Below are positions 45,290 to 54,698 of a stretch of 64,000 nt of DNA, piece by piece. Every line of letters starts with the position of its first letter. The first letter of the stretch is position 1. The stretch lies in contig JANWHN010000076.1 of assembly GCA_025450445.1 (NCBI GenBank), forward strand, positions 2,859-66,858, written 5' to 3'. This DNA comes from Anaerolineales bacterium. GTDB lineage: Bacteria; Chloroflexota; Anaerolineae; Anaerolineales; UBA11579. Position numbers and translations under genes: made by a program. The notes under the pieces were generated by a model. It was not told the DNA's origin. It saw only the letters and a program-made list of their open reading frames with translations, and searched no databases.

Positions 45290-46930
45290 ATGCCCAACCC
45301 TCCGAGAATTTCCAAACAACAGGCTAAGCGGCTAAGCCTGATCGCATTCGGGTTGCTCCTGGTCGCTTTTGCCTTGTATTCGGCCCGGTTCATCGAGCGC
45401 ACCAGCTTCGAAATCGACGGGCAGCGCTACTTTGCGCTCTTCGATGATGCCATGATCTCAATGCAGTATGCACGCAACCTGGCAAACGGCGATGGCCTGG
45501 TGTGGAACGCCGGTGGCCAGCGGGTTGAAGGCTTCAGCAACCCGCTGTGGGTGCTGTTTATGGCCTTCTTTCACCTGTTCAAGATGCCAAATTGGCAGGT
45601 GAGTGTCGCGCTTCAGATCAGTGGGGCGGTCTTTCTATTGGGGAATTTGTTTTTCGTCAAAAAGATCGCCGAAGAATTAATGGATGGCTATTTGGCGCCG
45701 CTGCTGGCCGTTTTTCTCACCGCGTTTTATTTCCATCTCAACAATTGGGCATTACAGGGTATGGAAGTCGGCGCCCTGGTTTTGTTGCTGAGTGCCTCGG
45801 TATGGTTGGCTTTCCGCAATCTGCGCGCTAAACGGTTTTCCGTTTGGCCGTATGCGCTGCTAACCCTTGGCACCCTAGTGCGCTTCGACATGGTGGTTCC
45901 GCAGATCATTATGACTGCAATTCTGGCCTGGAAAGATTTGCGCCATCGCCGCTCGCATCTTGCATGGGGACTTGGCTTGCTGGCTGCCTCGACAATTATC
46001 CAAACCTTGTTACGGCTCTGGTATTACGGTGAGTGGCTGCCCAACACCTACTTTCTTAAGGTTTTGGGGGTGCCTTTGTGGGACCGCATCGAACGCGGAT
46101 TGATCGTATTGGGTGATTTTGTGTGGGGCTCGGGCTGGTTCTTGATGGTGTTGCCGATCCTGCTGGTTTTACTTTGGCCGAACACGCCAACAATCTTGCT
46201 GTTCGGACTGCTCATCAGCCAGGTCGCGTACAGTGTTTTCGTTGGCGGCGACGCCTGGGAGCACAAGGGCGGCGCAAATCGATTTATCGCCATCGTAATG
46301 CCCTTGTTCTTCATTTTATTCGTTGAAACGCTGGATGAGATTCGTCAGGAATTAGTTAAGCTTCGGCGAAAAAGGTGGACCCCAATCATTAGTCATGCGG
46401 CCTTGGCCGGATTAGTTTTTGCGAGTCTTTTCAGCTTCAACGTGATCAACGAAAACAATCCAGTCGATAAATGGACGCTGATCAAGCGCCCGATCTTCGT
46501 ACCTGGCACGCAACGTTACGTAACACTTGGGCTGCTTCTAAATAAAATCACCGACGAGCACGCTAAGATCGCGGTGGTGACGGCCGGCAACATTATTTAT
46601 TTCGCCGAACGCGAAGGCATCGACATGCTCGGCAAGAGCGATGCGGTGATCGCCCGCAGCCTGCCGCACGAGAACGGCGGCTCATTCGATCAGGTAGACG
46701 AGGCCTTCAGGCCTGGGCACAACAAGTGGGATTACGAATATTCCATCAATCAGCTGATGCCAGATATCGTCGCGCAGATCTGGGGCAGCAGCCGCGAAAT
46801 GGCGCCCTACTTAGACGCAGGCGGCTATGAATATTTCAATGTCGATGGCTTCGAACTTTACATCCGTACCGTTTCGGTTCACGTTCTTTGGGATGAAGTT
46901 AACAGCCGTCTTCAACAGCCCGCAGAATGA
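45290..46930 (+). CDS. large polytopic membrane protein, GT-C-like candidate (paralogue A)
   Basis: ATG 45290 (MPNPPRISKQQ). First-loop acidic motif FALFDDAMISMQYARNLANGDGLVWNAGGQRVEGFSNPLW, about 10 TMs and a soluble C-terminal domain (RPGHNKWDYEYSI). Confidence 0.65.
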   Translation: MPNPPRISKQQAKRLSLIAFGLLLVAFALYSARFIERTSFEIDGQRYFALFDDAMISMQYARNLANGDGLVWNAGGQRVEGFSNPLWVLFMAFFHLFKMPNWQVSVALQISGAVFLLGNLFFVKKIAEELMDGYLAPLLAVFLTAFYFHLNNWALQGMEVGALVLLLSASVWLAFRNLRAKRFSVWPYALLTLGTLVRFDMVVPQIIMTAILAWKDLRHRRSHLAWGLGLLAASTIIQTLLRLWYYGEWLPNTYFLKVLGVPLWDRIERGLIVLGDFVWGSGWFLMVLPILLVLLWPNTPTILLFGLLISQVAYSVFVGGDAWEHKGGANRFIAIVMPLFFILFVETLDEIRQELVKLRRKRWTPIISHAALAGLVFASLFSFNVINENNPVDKWTLIKRPIFVPGTQRYVTLGLLLNKITDEHAKIAVVTAGNIIYFAEREGIDMLGKSDAVIARSLPHENGGSFDQVDEAFRPGHNKWDYEYSINQLMPDIVAQIWGSSREMAPYLDAGGYEYFNVDGFELYIRTVSVHVLWDEVNSRLQQPAE

Positions 46931-48522
46931 AGTCATCTCCCCTCTTCCAAATATTGTTCGGCCTGCTGCTTGTCGCCTATGCCGCATACGGCTGGGCTTT
47001 TATCCAACGCACAGCGATCGTCGTTGACGGCGAGAAAATCCAGGCGCTGTTTGACGATGCCATGATCTCGATGCAGTACGCCAAGAATTTCGCCAATGGC
47101 GACGGCTTGGTGTGGAATGCAGGCGGAGAGCGAGTAGAAGGTTACAGCAACCCGCTTTGGGTTCTTTTGATGGCTGGCATTCATTTACTGCCGATCCCAC
47201 TCACACAGACCAGTCTTTATTTGAAACTACTGAGCTTGGTTTTTCTGTTGGCAAACCTGGTCGTAATCAAAAAATTAGCTGAGCAACTTTCCAATAACAA
47301 ACTGGTTCCGATACTGGCAGCTTTTCTCACCGCCTTTTATTTCTCCTTAAACAATTGGAGCCTGCAGGGCATGGAGGTCGGCTTGCAGGCGCTCTTGATC
47401 AACACCGGGCTCCTGCTCGCTTTGCGATCAATACGAGCAAAAACATTTTCCTATTGGCTTTATGTGGTCTTTGCCATATCCATTCTGTTGCGCATGGATT
47501 CGGCTGCCCCAGCAATCGTCGCGACTGCGGTGATTGCCTGGATCGATAAACCTCACCGCAAGCAGCACCTGCAATGGGGGCTTAGCGCCATTGTGGCTAC
47601 GTTGGTTGCGCTGACAATCTTCAGACTGACCTATTACGGGGAGTGGCTGCCAAATACGTATTTCCTAAAGCTGGGCGGCATGTCTACCATTCTGCGGATC
47701 AGCCTGGGCTTGCGCAGACTCTGGGATTTTGTATGGAATTCAAATTGGGTTTTGTTTGCTTTGCCACTTGCTATACCACTATTAGACAAACGCAAGTTGC
47801 TGTGGCCGCTCTATGCAGTCTTCATCGCCCTAGTTGGCTATAGCATTTATGTCGGCGGAGATGCTTGGGAGCACGTCGGCGGCGCCAACCGATTTATCGC
47901 AGCTGTGATGCCAATCTTCTTTATCCTTTTCGCTCACACAGCCGGAGAGTTAGTTGAGTCGATGTTGCGCAATGCCAAATTTAAATCTGAAAGGGCGCAA
48001 ACCTTTGGGGGCGCAGCTCTTGTCGTTTTTATCATCACAAGCTTGTTTTCCTTCAACAATTTACTAGTCAACAACCCAATCGCTAAGTGGGCATTGACAG
48101 ACAAGCCCGTTTTTGCCGATAGCGTAGAACGCTATGCATTGATGGGTCTTGCCTTGCGCGAGGTAACTAGTCCAGACGCGGTGATCGCGGTGATTACTGC
48201 GGGCAACATCCCATATTTTTCCGAACGCACGTCGATCGATCTCTTGGGTAAGAACGATCCGTTTATTGCGCGCGGACCGATGCGGGTCAACTCGAGTTTG
48301 TTTGAACCTGGAGACTATCGACCAGGACACAACAAATGGGATTACGCATATTCGATCGGAGAATTACAGCCGGACGTGGTCGCCCAGATCTGGGAAGGAA
48401 CGGAAGAAGAAGCTGCCCCTTATCTTGTGAATTATGAACGCTATGTAATTGATGGGATCCCGTATTTTTTTCTTGAAGATTCTGACAAAATCCTTTGGGA
48501 CCTGATCCCGCCCCAGAACTAG
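46927..48522 (+). CDS. large polytopic membrane protein, GT-C-like candidate (paralogue B)
   Basis: ATGA overlap with paralogue A. QALFDDAMISMQYAKNFANGDGLVWNAGGERVEGYSNPLW and RPGHNKWDYAYSI are colinear with paralogue A. Confidence 0.65.
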   Translation: MKSSPLFQILFGLLLVAYAAYGWAFIQRTAIVVDGEKIQALFDDAMISMQYAKNFANGDGLVWNAGGERVEGYSNPLWVLLMAGIHLLPIPLTQTSLYLKLLSLVFLLANLVVIKKLAEQLSNNKLVPILAAFLTAFYFSLNNWSLQGMEVGLQALLINTGLLLALRSIRAKTFSYWLYVVFAISILLRMDSAAPAIVATAVIAWIDKPHRKQHLQWGLSAIVATLVALTIFRLTYYGEWLPNTYFLKLGGMSTILRISLGLRRLWDFVWNSNWVLFALPLAIPLLDKRKLLWPLYAVFIALVGYSIYVGGDAWEHVGGANRFIAAVMPIFFILFAHTAGELVESMLRNAKFKSERAQTFGGAALVVFIITSLFSFNNLLVNNPIAKWALTDKPVFADSVERYALMGLALREVTSPDAVIAVITAGNIPYFSERTSIDLLGKNDPFIARGPMRVNSSLFEPGDYRPGHNKWDYAYSIGELQPDVVAQIWEGTEEEAAPYLVNYERYVIDGIPYFFLEDSDKILWDLIPPQN

Positions 48523-49508
48523 CCTTTCAGGTCGATCTTTTTGCCCTGCGCAGCCGCAGCGTGAGCCGCGAGCACAATTTCCAAAGCTTGGCGGCCATCG
48601 TCCAGCGTGCAGCTTGACTCAGCCTTGTTCGAAACAACATCGATGAAATGTTTCATTTGCTCGAGAAAAAGGTCGTTGCGCTCAAATCCTGCTGACACGG
48701 GATGTTCTTGCTGGTTCCCTTCTGAATCGGTCACTTGCAGTGAGCCGCTCTCCGCATCCCAGTGGATCACGCCTTTGGAGCAGATGACCTCCAGCCAATG
48801 AGCGCCGGGCCGCTGCAAATAATCAAGGTGAACTGACCCGAGTGCGCCGTTGGCGAATTCAAGTCCAACCTCGGCTTGATCTTCGACATCGATGTCGAGT
48901 TCCCCGGATTTGATGACCGAACCCCAAACAGAGTTCACATCACCAAGCAGCCAACGCAAGTAGTCGAAGGGATGGCAAAGAGTAAGGAGTACGCCGCCAC
49001 CTAAGTTCGCTCTGGCGCTGTAGCCCTGCCGATAATCTTCCCAAGGATGCCAATTTGGTAAGAAAGATCCCCAATGGGCGCGTGCCGATAGTGGCCTCCC
49101 CAACTTTCCACTCATGAGGAGCTGTGCAGCTTTTTGTAATCCAGGATGAAAGCGAAATTGAAAACCAACCAAAACGCGACTGCGGCTGGCCTTGACCGCG
49201 GCCTCTAATTCGTCCAGCCTTTCAAGGCTGTGCGAGATCGGTTTTTCGAGGAACAAGTGGGACCTGGCTTTAGCGGAAGGGATAGCTATGTCTAAATGCA
49301 ACGCAGTCGGGTTTGCTACGATCACCGCATCCGGCTTGTGGGCCAGCGCCGTAGTCATATCCCTCTCGACTGTATATCCAGCCAATTCCTTATCGTCGAG
49401 CTGGCTGTTGCCACTGCGGTGAAACAAAATGTCCCGCTCGCCGAGCGCTTTTAGATTGCGAAAATGACGGCGGCCGATCGAGCCAAAACCGGCGATTAGA
49501 AATTTCAT
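48519..49508 (-). CDS. Gfo/Idh/MocA-family NAD(P)-dependent oxidoreductase
   Basis: MKFLIAGFGSIGRRHFRNL with the family's typical length. Its stop overlaps the convergent gene's stop by 4 nt. Confidence 0.9.
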   Translation of the reverse strand: MKFLIAGFGSIGRRHFRNLKALGERDILFHRSGNSQLDDKELAGYTVERDMTTALAHKPDAVIVANPTALHLDIAIPSAKARSHLFLEKPISHSLERLDELEAAVKASRSRVLVGFQFRFHPGLQKAAQLLMSGKLGRPLSARAHWGSFLPNWHPWEDYRQGYSARANLGGGVLLTLCHPFDYLRWLLGDVNSVWGSVIKSGELDIDVEDQAEVGLEFANGALGSVHLDYLQRPGAHWLEVICSKGVIHWDAESGSLQVTDSEGNQQEHPVSAGFERNDLFLEQMKHFIDVVSNKAESSCTLDDGRQALEIVLAAHAAAAQGKKIDLKG

Positions 49509-49509
49509 C

Positions 49510-50532
49510 TCACCAATCTAAATTCTGTTCGTAACCCCAGGTGATCAGGACTTCGCCAGCAGTTTTTTTGAAGAGAGCTTTGTCTTCACTGGTAAACATC
49601 TGCTTCCAGGAACCGCGTTTGCCCTTTTCGAGCGCTACGGCCAATTCGGGAGCTTTCTCGTTTTGCCAGGCCGCATCCGGGTTTTCTCCAATTTCAGCAG
49701 CCACTTTGTTTTCGAGGCCTTCGGGATTTACGCCGAGGAAATGCCACGCTTTAGACAGCATTTCGTAAGGCCGCGCCACAAGGTCTTCATATCGTAATGA
49801 AAAATAGCGCTCGCCGTAAAGCTGGCGCCCCTGGCGATCTGTTTCCGTGACATTTTCTGCCCAGCTTTGGGCCATGGTTTTTAACGCTTGAGATGTGAAT
49901 ACAGACCGTTCTCCATTTAGAAAGGGGGTTGGGTCTTTTGCAAAGGCATCCCGCAACTTCAGATCGGCCGGGCCAAGGAATTGCGAACCGTCGATGAAAT
50001 TCTGGAAACGGTGAGAGACCAATGTATCCCGCCCATCGCGGACAATATAGACAAGCAAACCGTCAGGATAGATGAGATGCATTTCGTTGACCGCTGCGCC
50101 GCCCAGCAGAACATTGGGGCTTTTGTCTCCTACGACCGATTTACCCAGCTTAAGCGCATCCCTTTCAAGAATGTAGTCGCTCATTGCCCGCAGAGCAACC
50201 GGTGAAAGATCGCGGCCGCGGTTCCAGCGGTTGCTGGGCCGGGCGAGCCACTTTTCAAATTTCTGGTCGGCGAGAATGCTGCTCAGCATCGGTGGGCGAG
50301 TGAAGAAATGAGCCTGCCAGTTGCAATGTACGTCAGGGTGAATGCGAATCAAACGGGCGAGCAACGTGGTGCCAGAACGGGCATGCCCAAATATGAAGAA
50401 TTTGGGCATCGGGAAGAATTCTTTGATCTCAGCCAGATCCTCAGCGTGGATAGCAGGAATTTCGCGCTGGTGGCTTTCCTCCAGCTTGCCGGTGAAGAGG
50501 ACGCGCATGGCTCGCTGAATTCGATTGCTCAT
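49510..50532 (-). CDS. sulfotransferase
   Basis: ATG 50532 forms an ATGA overlap with the upstream stop. Motifs FIFGHARSGTTLLARLI and VYIVRDGRDTLVSH. The C-terminus ends in WGYEQNLDW. Confidence 0.8.
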   Translation of the reverse strand: MSNRIQRAMRVLFTGKLEESHQREIPAIHAEDLAEIKEFFPMPKFFIFGHARSGTTLLARLIRIHPDVHCNWQAHFFTRPPMLSSILADQKFEKWLARPSNRWNRGRDLSPVALRAMSDYILERDALKLGKSVVGDKSPNVLLGGAAVNEMHLIYPDGLLVYIVRDGRDTLVSHRFQNFIDGSQFLGPADLKLRDAFAKDPTPFLNGERSVFTSQALKTMAQSWAENVTETDRQGRQLYGERYFSLRYEDLVARPYEMLSKAWHFLGVNPEGLENKVAAEIGENPDAAWQNEKAPELAVALEKGKRGSWKQMFTSEDKALFKKTAGEVLITWGYEQNLDW

Positions 50533-51998
50533 GCGCGCCGCCCCATCCGTGATAACAAATACTGACCGGTACGCGCCCCGGCGCTGCCATCCAAGAAAGT
50601 GCACTCGTGGTGGATAAAGCTCCGGCGCTCCACCATATCCGCGTTCGGAGTCTGCAAATAGAAATTCAAAACGCCACGCAATTCATCTTTGGTATAAGCG
50701 ACGCGCCCAGCTTTCGAGTCGCGGAAACGTGAATGTGTGGGCCAGTCGCCGATTTTGGATAATGGCAAAGTGAACTTGCCCGGCCAGCCAGTTTGCGAAT
50801 CGATGCAGGCGCTCACCACCGGTCGCTCATGTGTTGAAGCTTCGACGACCATCGTCGAATAGACCGTGACGAAAACATCCGAGTGAGCCATCATTGAAGA
50901 TTTTTCTGGCATGTCCTCGCCGGAATAATAGCCCAAAGAGCCACCCAGAGGCACGGGTTCCACTACGTGAACGTGCGGATACCTCTGCGCGAGAGCGCGA
51001 ACCTGCTCGCGCTCCGCGGCAAAGCGGGCCACTTCCATGAAATGATTCGGGTGCAAGCGCACTAAGAGCTGCGCGGGTTCTGATAATTCATCCTGCGAGA
51101 CCAGTTCAACCAGGGCTTCAATATTTTGGATATTTGGAGAAAAGGTAATGAAACTGCTGGCATAGGAGATTAGCTTGCGTTTTGGATCTAGGCCGTGCTG
51201 TTTGAAATATTCATCGCGGGAAAGCTGCCATTCTTTCTGGAAGTAACCGTCGTATGACGGAATTCCGTTAATACCCACCCGTTCAGGATCCCAGTCAGAT
51301 CCTTTGACCAACTCGTCTTTCTGGATTTCCGACCAACAGGTGATCCAGTCCACCGGCGACCCAGGCAAGCTGTAGCTGCTTGTGTTGTCCCAGCCGACGA
51401 TTACAGACGCGGTCGGTATGCCGCGGGCAGCGGCCTCGCGCAGCAAATAGCGATCGGAGCGCCATCCGGGCGTGCTCGCAACGACGACATCGGGCTGGTA
51501 TTGATCAAACAAATCGGCGTAGATCTTGGGCGAGAAGCGCGTTTGGGCGCGCAGCAAAATTCCCCGCGCCCAGCGCGAATGACGCAGGATAGCGACGAGT
51601 AACTGCATGAAAGGGAACAAGATCTTCCGGCGCGGATGAGCCTCGGCTTTGACCTGATCTATGTAACTATCAACAGCTTCAAGATTGATGCGGTTGGACG
51701 CGCCGGCGCGGCGTAGAAAATCAAGCCAGAATTGAACCGAGGCTGAAACTTGATTGAAATAGTCTTGAGCTTGCTTCAGACGCAAACCCTCAACAATGAG
51801 GCCGGGCTGCCCAAAGCGTTCACGAATGCGCTCAACCAATGCGTCGTCGGTCAATAGAACGACTTCCGCTCCACCCTTTATCAGGGTGCCAACTACATCG
51901 CTTTGCAGGAAATATACGATTGCCAACCCATGGTCGGCGCTCACAAAAATGCGCTTCGCCAAACTACTTTCCTTGGTCCATGCGATGCAGGCGATCAA
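50529..51998 (-). CDS. GT-B-like capsule/teichoic-type biosynthesis protein, paralogue-like 2
   Basis: 489 aa with VVVASTPGWRSDRYLLREAAARGIPTASVIVGWDN, LLVRLHPNHF and VFVTVYSTMVVEASTHERPVV. The block order matches 37193 and 60008. Function is tentative. Confidence 0.5.
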   Translation of the reverse strand: MIACIAWTKESSLAKRIFVSADHGLAIVYFLQSDVVGTLIKGGAEVVLLTDDALVERIRERFGQPGLIVEGLRLKQAQDYFNQVSASVQFWLDFLRRAGASNRINLEAVDSYIDQVKAEAHPRRKILFPFMQLLVAILRHSRWARGILLRAQTRFSPKIYADLFDQYQPDVVVASTPGWRSDRYLLREAAARGIPTASVIVGWDNTSSYSLPGSPVDWITCWSEIQKDELVKGSDWDPERVGINGIPSYDGYFQKEWQLSRDEYFKQHGLDPKRKLISYASSFITFSPNIQNIEALVELVSQDELSEPAQLLVRLHPNHFMEVARFAAEREQVRALAQRYPHVHVVEPVPLGGSLGYYSGEDMPEKSSMMAHSDVFVTVYSTMVVEASTHERPVVSACIDSQTGWPGKFTLPLSKIGDWPTHSRFRDSKAGRVAYTKDELRGVLNFYLQTPNADMVERRSFIHHECTFLDGSAGARTGQYLLSRMGRRA

Positions 51999-52941
51999 AG
52001 CTCCAGCCGTTGAGCCATTTCAGGAGCCTGCGAATCGGTTGCCAGCGCCAGATTCCGGGGTTGTTCGTGCGTTTTTTGGATGCATATGGAATGGTTGGCG
52101 ATCCGATTAGGTCGTCCGGGCGAGGCATGGTATTGCCCAAATGCTGCACGTGCCAGCTTGTGGTGCTCAAACGCAGAAACCCTACAGCGTTCATCGCTTC
52201 GTCCAGCATGCGCACCTGCCCCATTGGCCGATCGGCGGAGAGTGGCAGCACGGTCTTCAAAGCGGATCTGCGGGCAGTAAACTGGAAATGAGCCGCGCCA
52301 ACGTAATAGCTTTGCTTCTTATACGTAATCCTAATTGCCTCATTCTCGTCATAAAAATGGCGGGCTTGTTGTTCCTCATCACCAAGGCTGCGTGCATGCC
52401 GCCAAAAATCATCCCAGGGAAGCAATGGGCCACGCTCGGTCTTTACGCTGGCCTGCTTCTTCGCCCATTTCAGAGTTGCAGTCGAATATTTTTCGGGAAC
52501 TAATATCGGCATGGCAGTAACCATGCCGGCCTGCGGAAATTCGTCGAGTGCGACTAAGCTTGCCGGCAACCATCCGGGATAAAAGTAGACGTCGCTATCG
52601 GCATAGACCACAACCTCCCCGGGGGCAGCGAGCAACGCCGAATTCCAGGCAGCCGGTTTGCCAAGATTGCGCTCCGACAACGTGAGATATTGAATTCGCC
52701 CTTCCGTGTGTTCAGCCAGTAAATAATCCCGGACCTCGGCTGAGCTTGCATTATCAAAAACCATCAAGTCATATTCGCCTTCGGTGTTAGTGTGTAAACT
52801 CTGAAGGCAGAGTTTGAAAACGTCTAAACTTTCGGCGTAGTACCCGCCCAGAAATGGAATGTAAGAAATCACCACAACCGTCACTTTGGCAGGTGGCGCT
52901 ATTTTTTCGACTGCCTTGATCGGATTCTGGCCTACGCGCAT
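51964..52941 (-). CDS. family-2 glycosyltransferase
   Basis: VTVVVISYIPF...YDLMVFDNASS...VVVYADSDVYF (DxD). Confidence 0.8.
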   Translation of the reverse strand: MRVGQNPIKAVEKIAPPAKVTVVVISYIPFLGGYYAESLDVFKLCLQSLHTNTEGEYDLMVFDNASSAEVRDYLLAEHTEGRIQYLTLSERNLGKPAAWNSALLAAPGEVVVYADSDVYFYPGWLPASLVALDEFPQAGMVTAMPILVPEKYSTATLKWAKKQASVKTERGPLLPWDDFWRHARSLGDEEQQARHFYDENEAIRITYKKQSYYVGAAHFQFTARRSALKTVLPLSADRPMGQVRMLDEAMNAVGFLRLSTTSWHVQHLGNTMPRPDDLIGSPTIPYASKKRTNNPGIWRWQPIRRLLKWLNGWSFDRLHRMDQGK

Positions 52942-53843
52942 TAATTAACTCCTGACAAGGCGCGGCGTAGCTTGCGCACCCCGCGCAACAGGACCCAGCG
53001 CGGGCCGCTGCCTACCATTTGATCGGGCTGCAGCTTACGCTCAAGGGAGCGCAAAGCACGCGGTAACGACCAAGCCGCGCGGCGGATCTTTCCATTCACA
53101 AGTTGATACTTAAGATCGAGGAGCATGTACATATTGCGCATACCACCACCCAATTCGGCGTTCGAGAATGTTTCCGGGTGGCGCTGGTGCGAATCGGTGT
53201 TTTTTAGATGGGAATAATCGTGATTTTGGTGAACGATCATGAGTTTTGGCGTTGCATCCACGGCTGGCCAAGGCTGAGAAACCGCATGATAGATCATCCA
53301 GTTGTCCCAACCAGCCCGGCCAATTGCAAATTTGGGGATCTGAGTAAATAAATGGCGCGGGAAGATGAAATAGTCACTGCCGCCCATCGGATGCATGTGA
53401 CCGCGGGCTCTGACGTCGGCGCGTAAGCGATCTGCCCAGCCTGCAGAAAATTCCAACGGTGCCGTAACATCAAGGTCGTGACGCTGACCGAGAAGCACGA
53501 ACTCTGAATGCTGCAACAGGACTCGGTTGGCAATGTCGACCGTTTCGGGAAATAGCAACATATCCGCGTTTCCGTACGCTAACAACGGCGAATGACTGGC
53601 CTCGCGGGCCAGGTGGAAGATCGAACTGACGAGTGGCGTGCCTAGGTCGTTGCGTTGTACATTGCTGAGCTGTCTGACGCTCAGTTCTTTGGCGACTTGT
53701 GCCATCCCCTCTTCCTCGCCAATTAGCAACACTTCAACTTCAGGTCCCATCGCCTGCCAGGACCGAATCGCGTTGCGTTGAATCAGGTCGATATGCGGAT
53801 CGGTGAACGGCTTGGGAGCGGTGAAGATCGTGAGCTGGGTCAT
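52941..53843 (-). CDS. uncharacterised putative glycosyltransferase
   Basis: 300 aa. The pattern LTIFTAPKPFTDPHIDLIQRNAIRSWQAMGPEVEVLLIGEEEG...LLAYGNADMLLF recurs in glycan loci. No defined family was recognised by eye. Confidence 0.45.
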   Translation of the reverse strand: MTQLTIFTAPKPFTDPHIDLIQRNAIRSWQAMGPEVEVLLIGEEEGMAQVAKELSVRQLSNVQRNDLGTPLVSSIFHLAREASHSPLLAYGNADMLLFPETVDIANRVLLQHSEFVLLGQRHDLDVTAPLEFSAGWADRLRADVRARGHMHPMGGSDYFIFPRHLFTQIPKFAIGRAGWDNWMIYHAVSQPWPAVDATPKLMIVHQNHDYSHLKNTDSHQRHPETFSNAELGGGMRNMYMLLDLKYQLVNGKIRRAAWSLPRALRSLERKLQPDQMVGSGPRWVLLRGVRKLRRALSGVN

Positions 53844-54601
53844 CGGCGGGTATCCACGTCGCGCTGGGTTCTGTGGTGTACGGCCGCATTGACCAGCGCA
53901 AGCTCGGGATTCTTCTCAAATAGCTCTAAAACTTCTGCCCACGAGAACTCGTCGTTGTCGAAATGCGCCACGATCTGGCGCAAAAGCTTCAGATCCTCCG
54001 GCGTATCCAAAGTCCAGCGCAGATGCCCGTAATCTGGCATATGCTTGATGTGCAGAATGCGAAAGCGGTCCGGGTGCTCGTAGAAAAATGGCATCACGTG
54101 TTCGCGCTGATGCGGCTCTTCCGCTTCGCGCCAGGCGATCTCGAGCGCTTCGCGGGTACAAAATTCAGCATCTAGGCCAATGGGGATTGTGCGCTCGTTG
54201 GGCAGCCGGTTGGCCGCAAAATCCAACGGCGGGTCGGCGGATAGAAAAGTTTCTAGATTTTCAGAAAGCATCCCGGGATCGATCAACGGGCAATCGCCTG
54301 TTAGCCGGACGATGACATCTGCGTCTGTTTCGCGGGCTGCGTGAGTGTAGCGATCGAGGACATCTTGCAAATTGCCGCGCACGCATGCATAGCCCAGCTC
54401 TTTGCAAAATGCGGCGATCACATCATCTTCAGCGGCAACCGAGGTTGCTACGACGACCTGGTCTATGCTTGTGGCCCGTGTAGCGCGGCGGACAACCCAG
54501 GAGAGGACCAGCTGCCCGCCCAGATCGAGGAGGACTTTGCCCGGAAGGCGTTCAGACGCCACGCGGGCCTGGATGATGGCGACGACGCGGGGTTTGCTCA
54601 T
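53840..54601 (-). CDS. SpsF/PseF-like cytidylyltransferase
   Basis: VVAIIQARVASERLPGKVLLDLGGQLVLSWVV, the CTP_transf_3 / spore-coat SpsF-type signature. Confidence 0.85.
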   Translation of the reverse strand: MSKPRVVAIIQARVASERLPGKVLLDLGGQLVLSWVVRRATRATSIDQVVVATSVAAEDDVIAAFCKELGYACVRGNLQDVLDRYTHAARETDADVIVRLTGDCPLIDPGMLSENLETFLSADPPLDFAANRLPNERTIPIGLDAEFCTREALEIAWREAEEPHQREHVMPFFYEHPDRFRILHIKHMPDYGHLRWTLDTPEDLKLLRQIVAHFDNDEFSWAEVLELFEKNPELALVNAAVHHRTQRDVDTRR

Positions 54602-54605
54602 TTTT

Positions 54606-54673
54606 GGCAGAAAAGTCGGCGGATTTCAGGGTGGAAATAGCAGATTTGGTGGGCAAAATGGCAGATTTTGGGT
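54606..54673. repeat. three (possibly four) direct repeats GC(A/G)GATTT(n)GGGT with 21-nt spacing
   Basis: Cores start at 54618 (gcggatttcagggtgg), 54639 (gcagatttggtggg) and 54660 (gcagattttgggtt), with a partial gcagaaaa at 54606. They lie in the 97-nt gap upstream of the SpsF-like gene. Confidence 0.5.
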
Positions 54674-54698
54674 TGTGTAGACATGTGCGATTCCGTAA

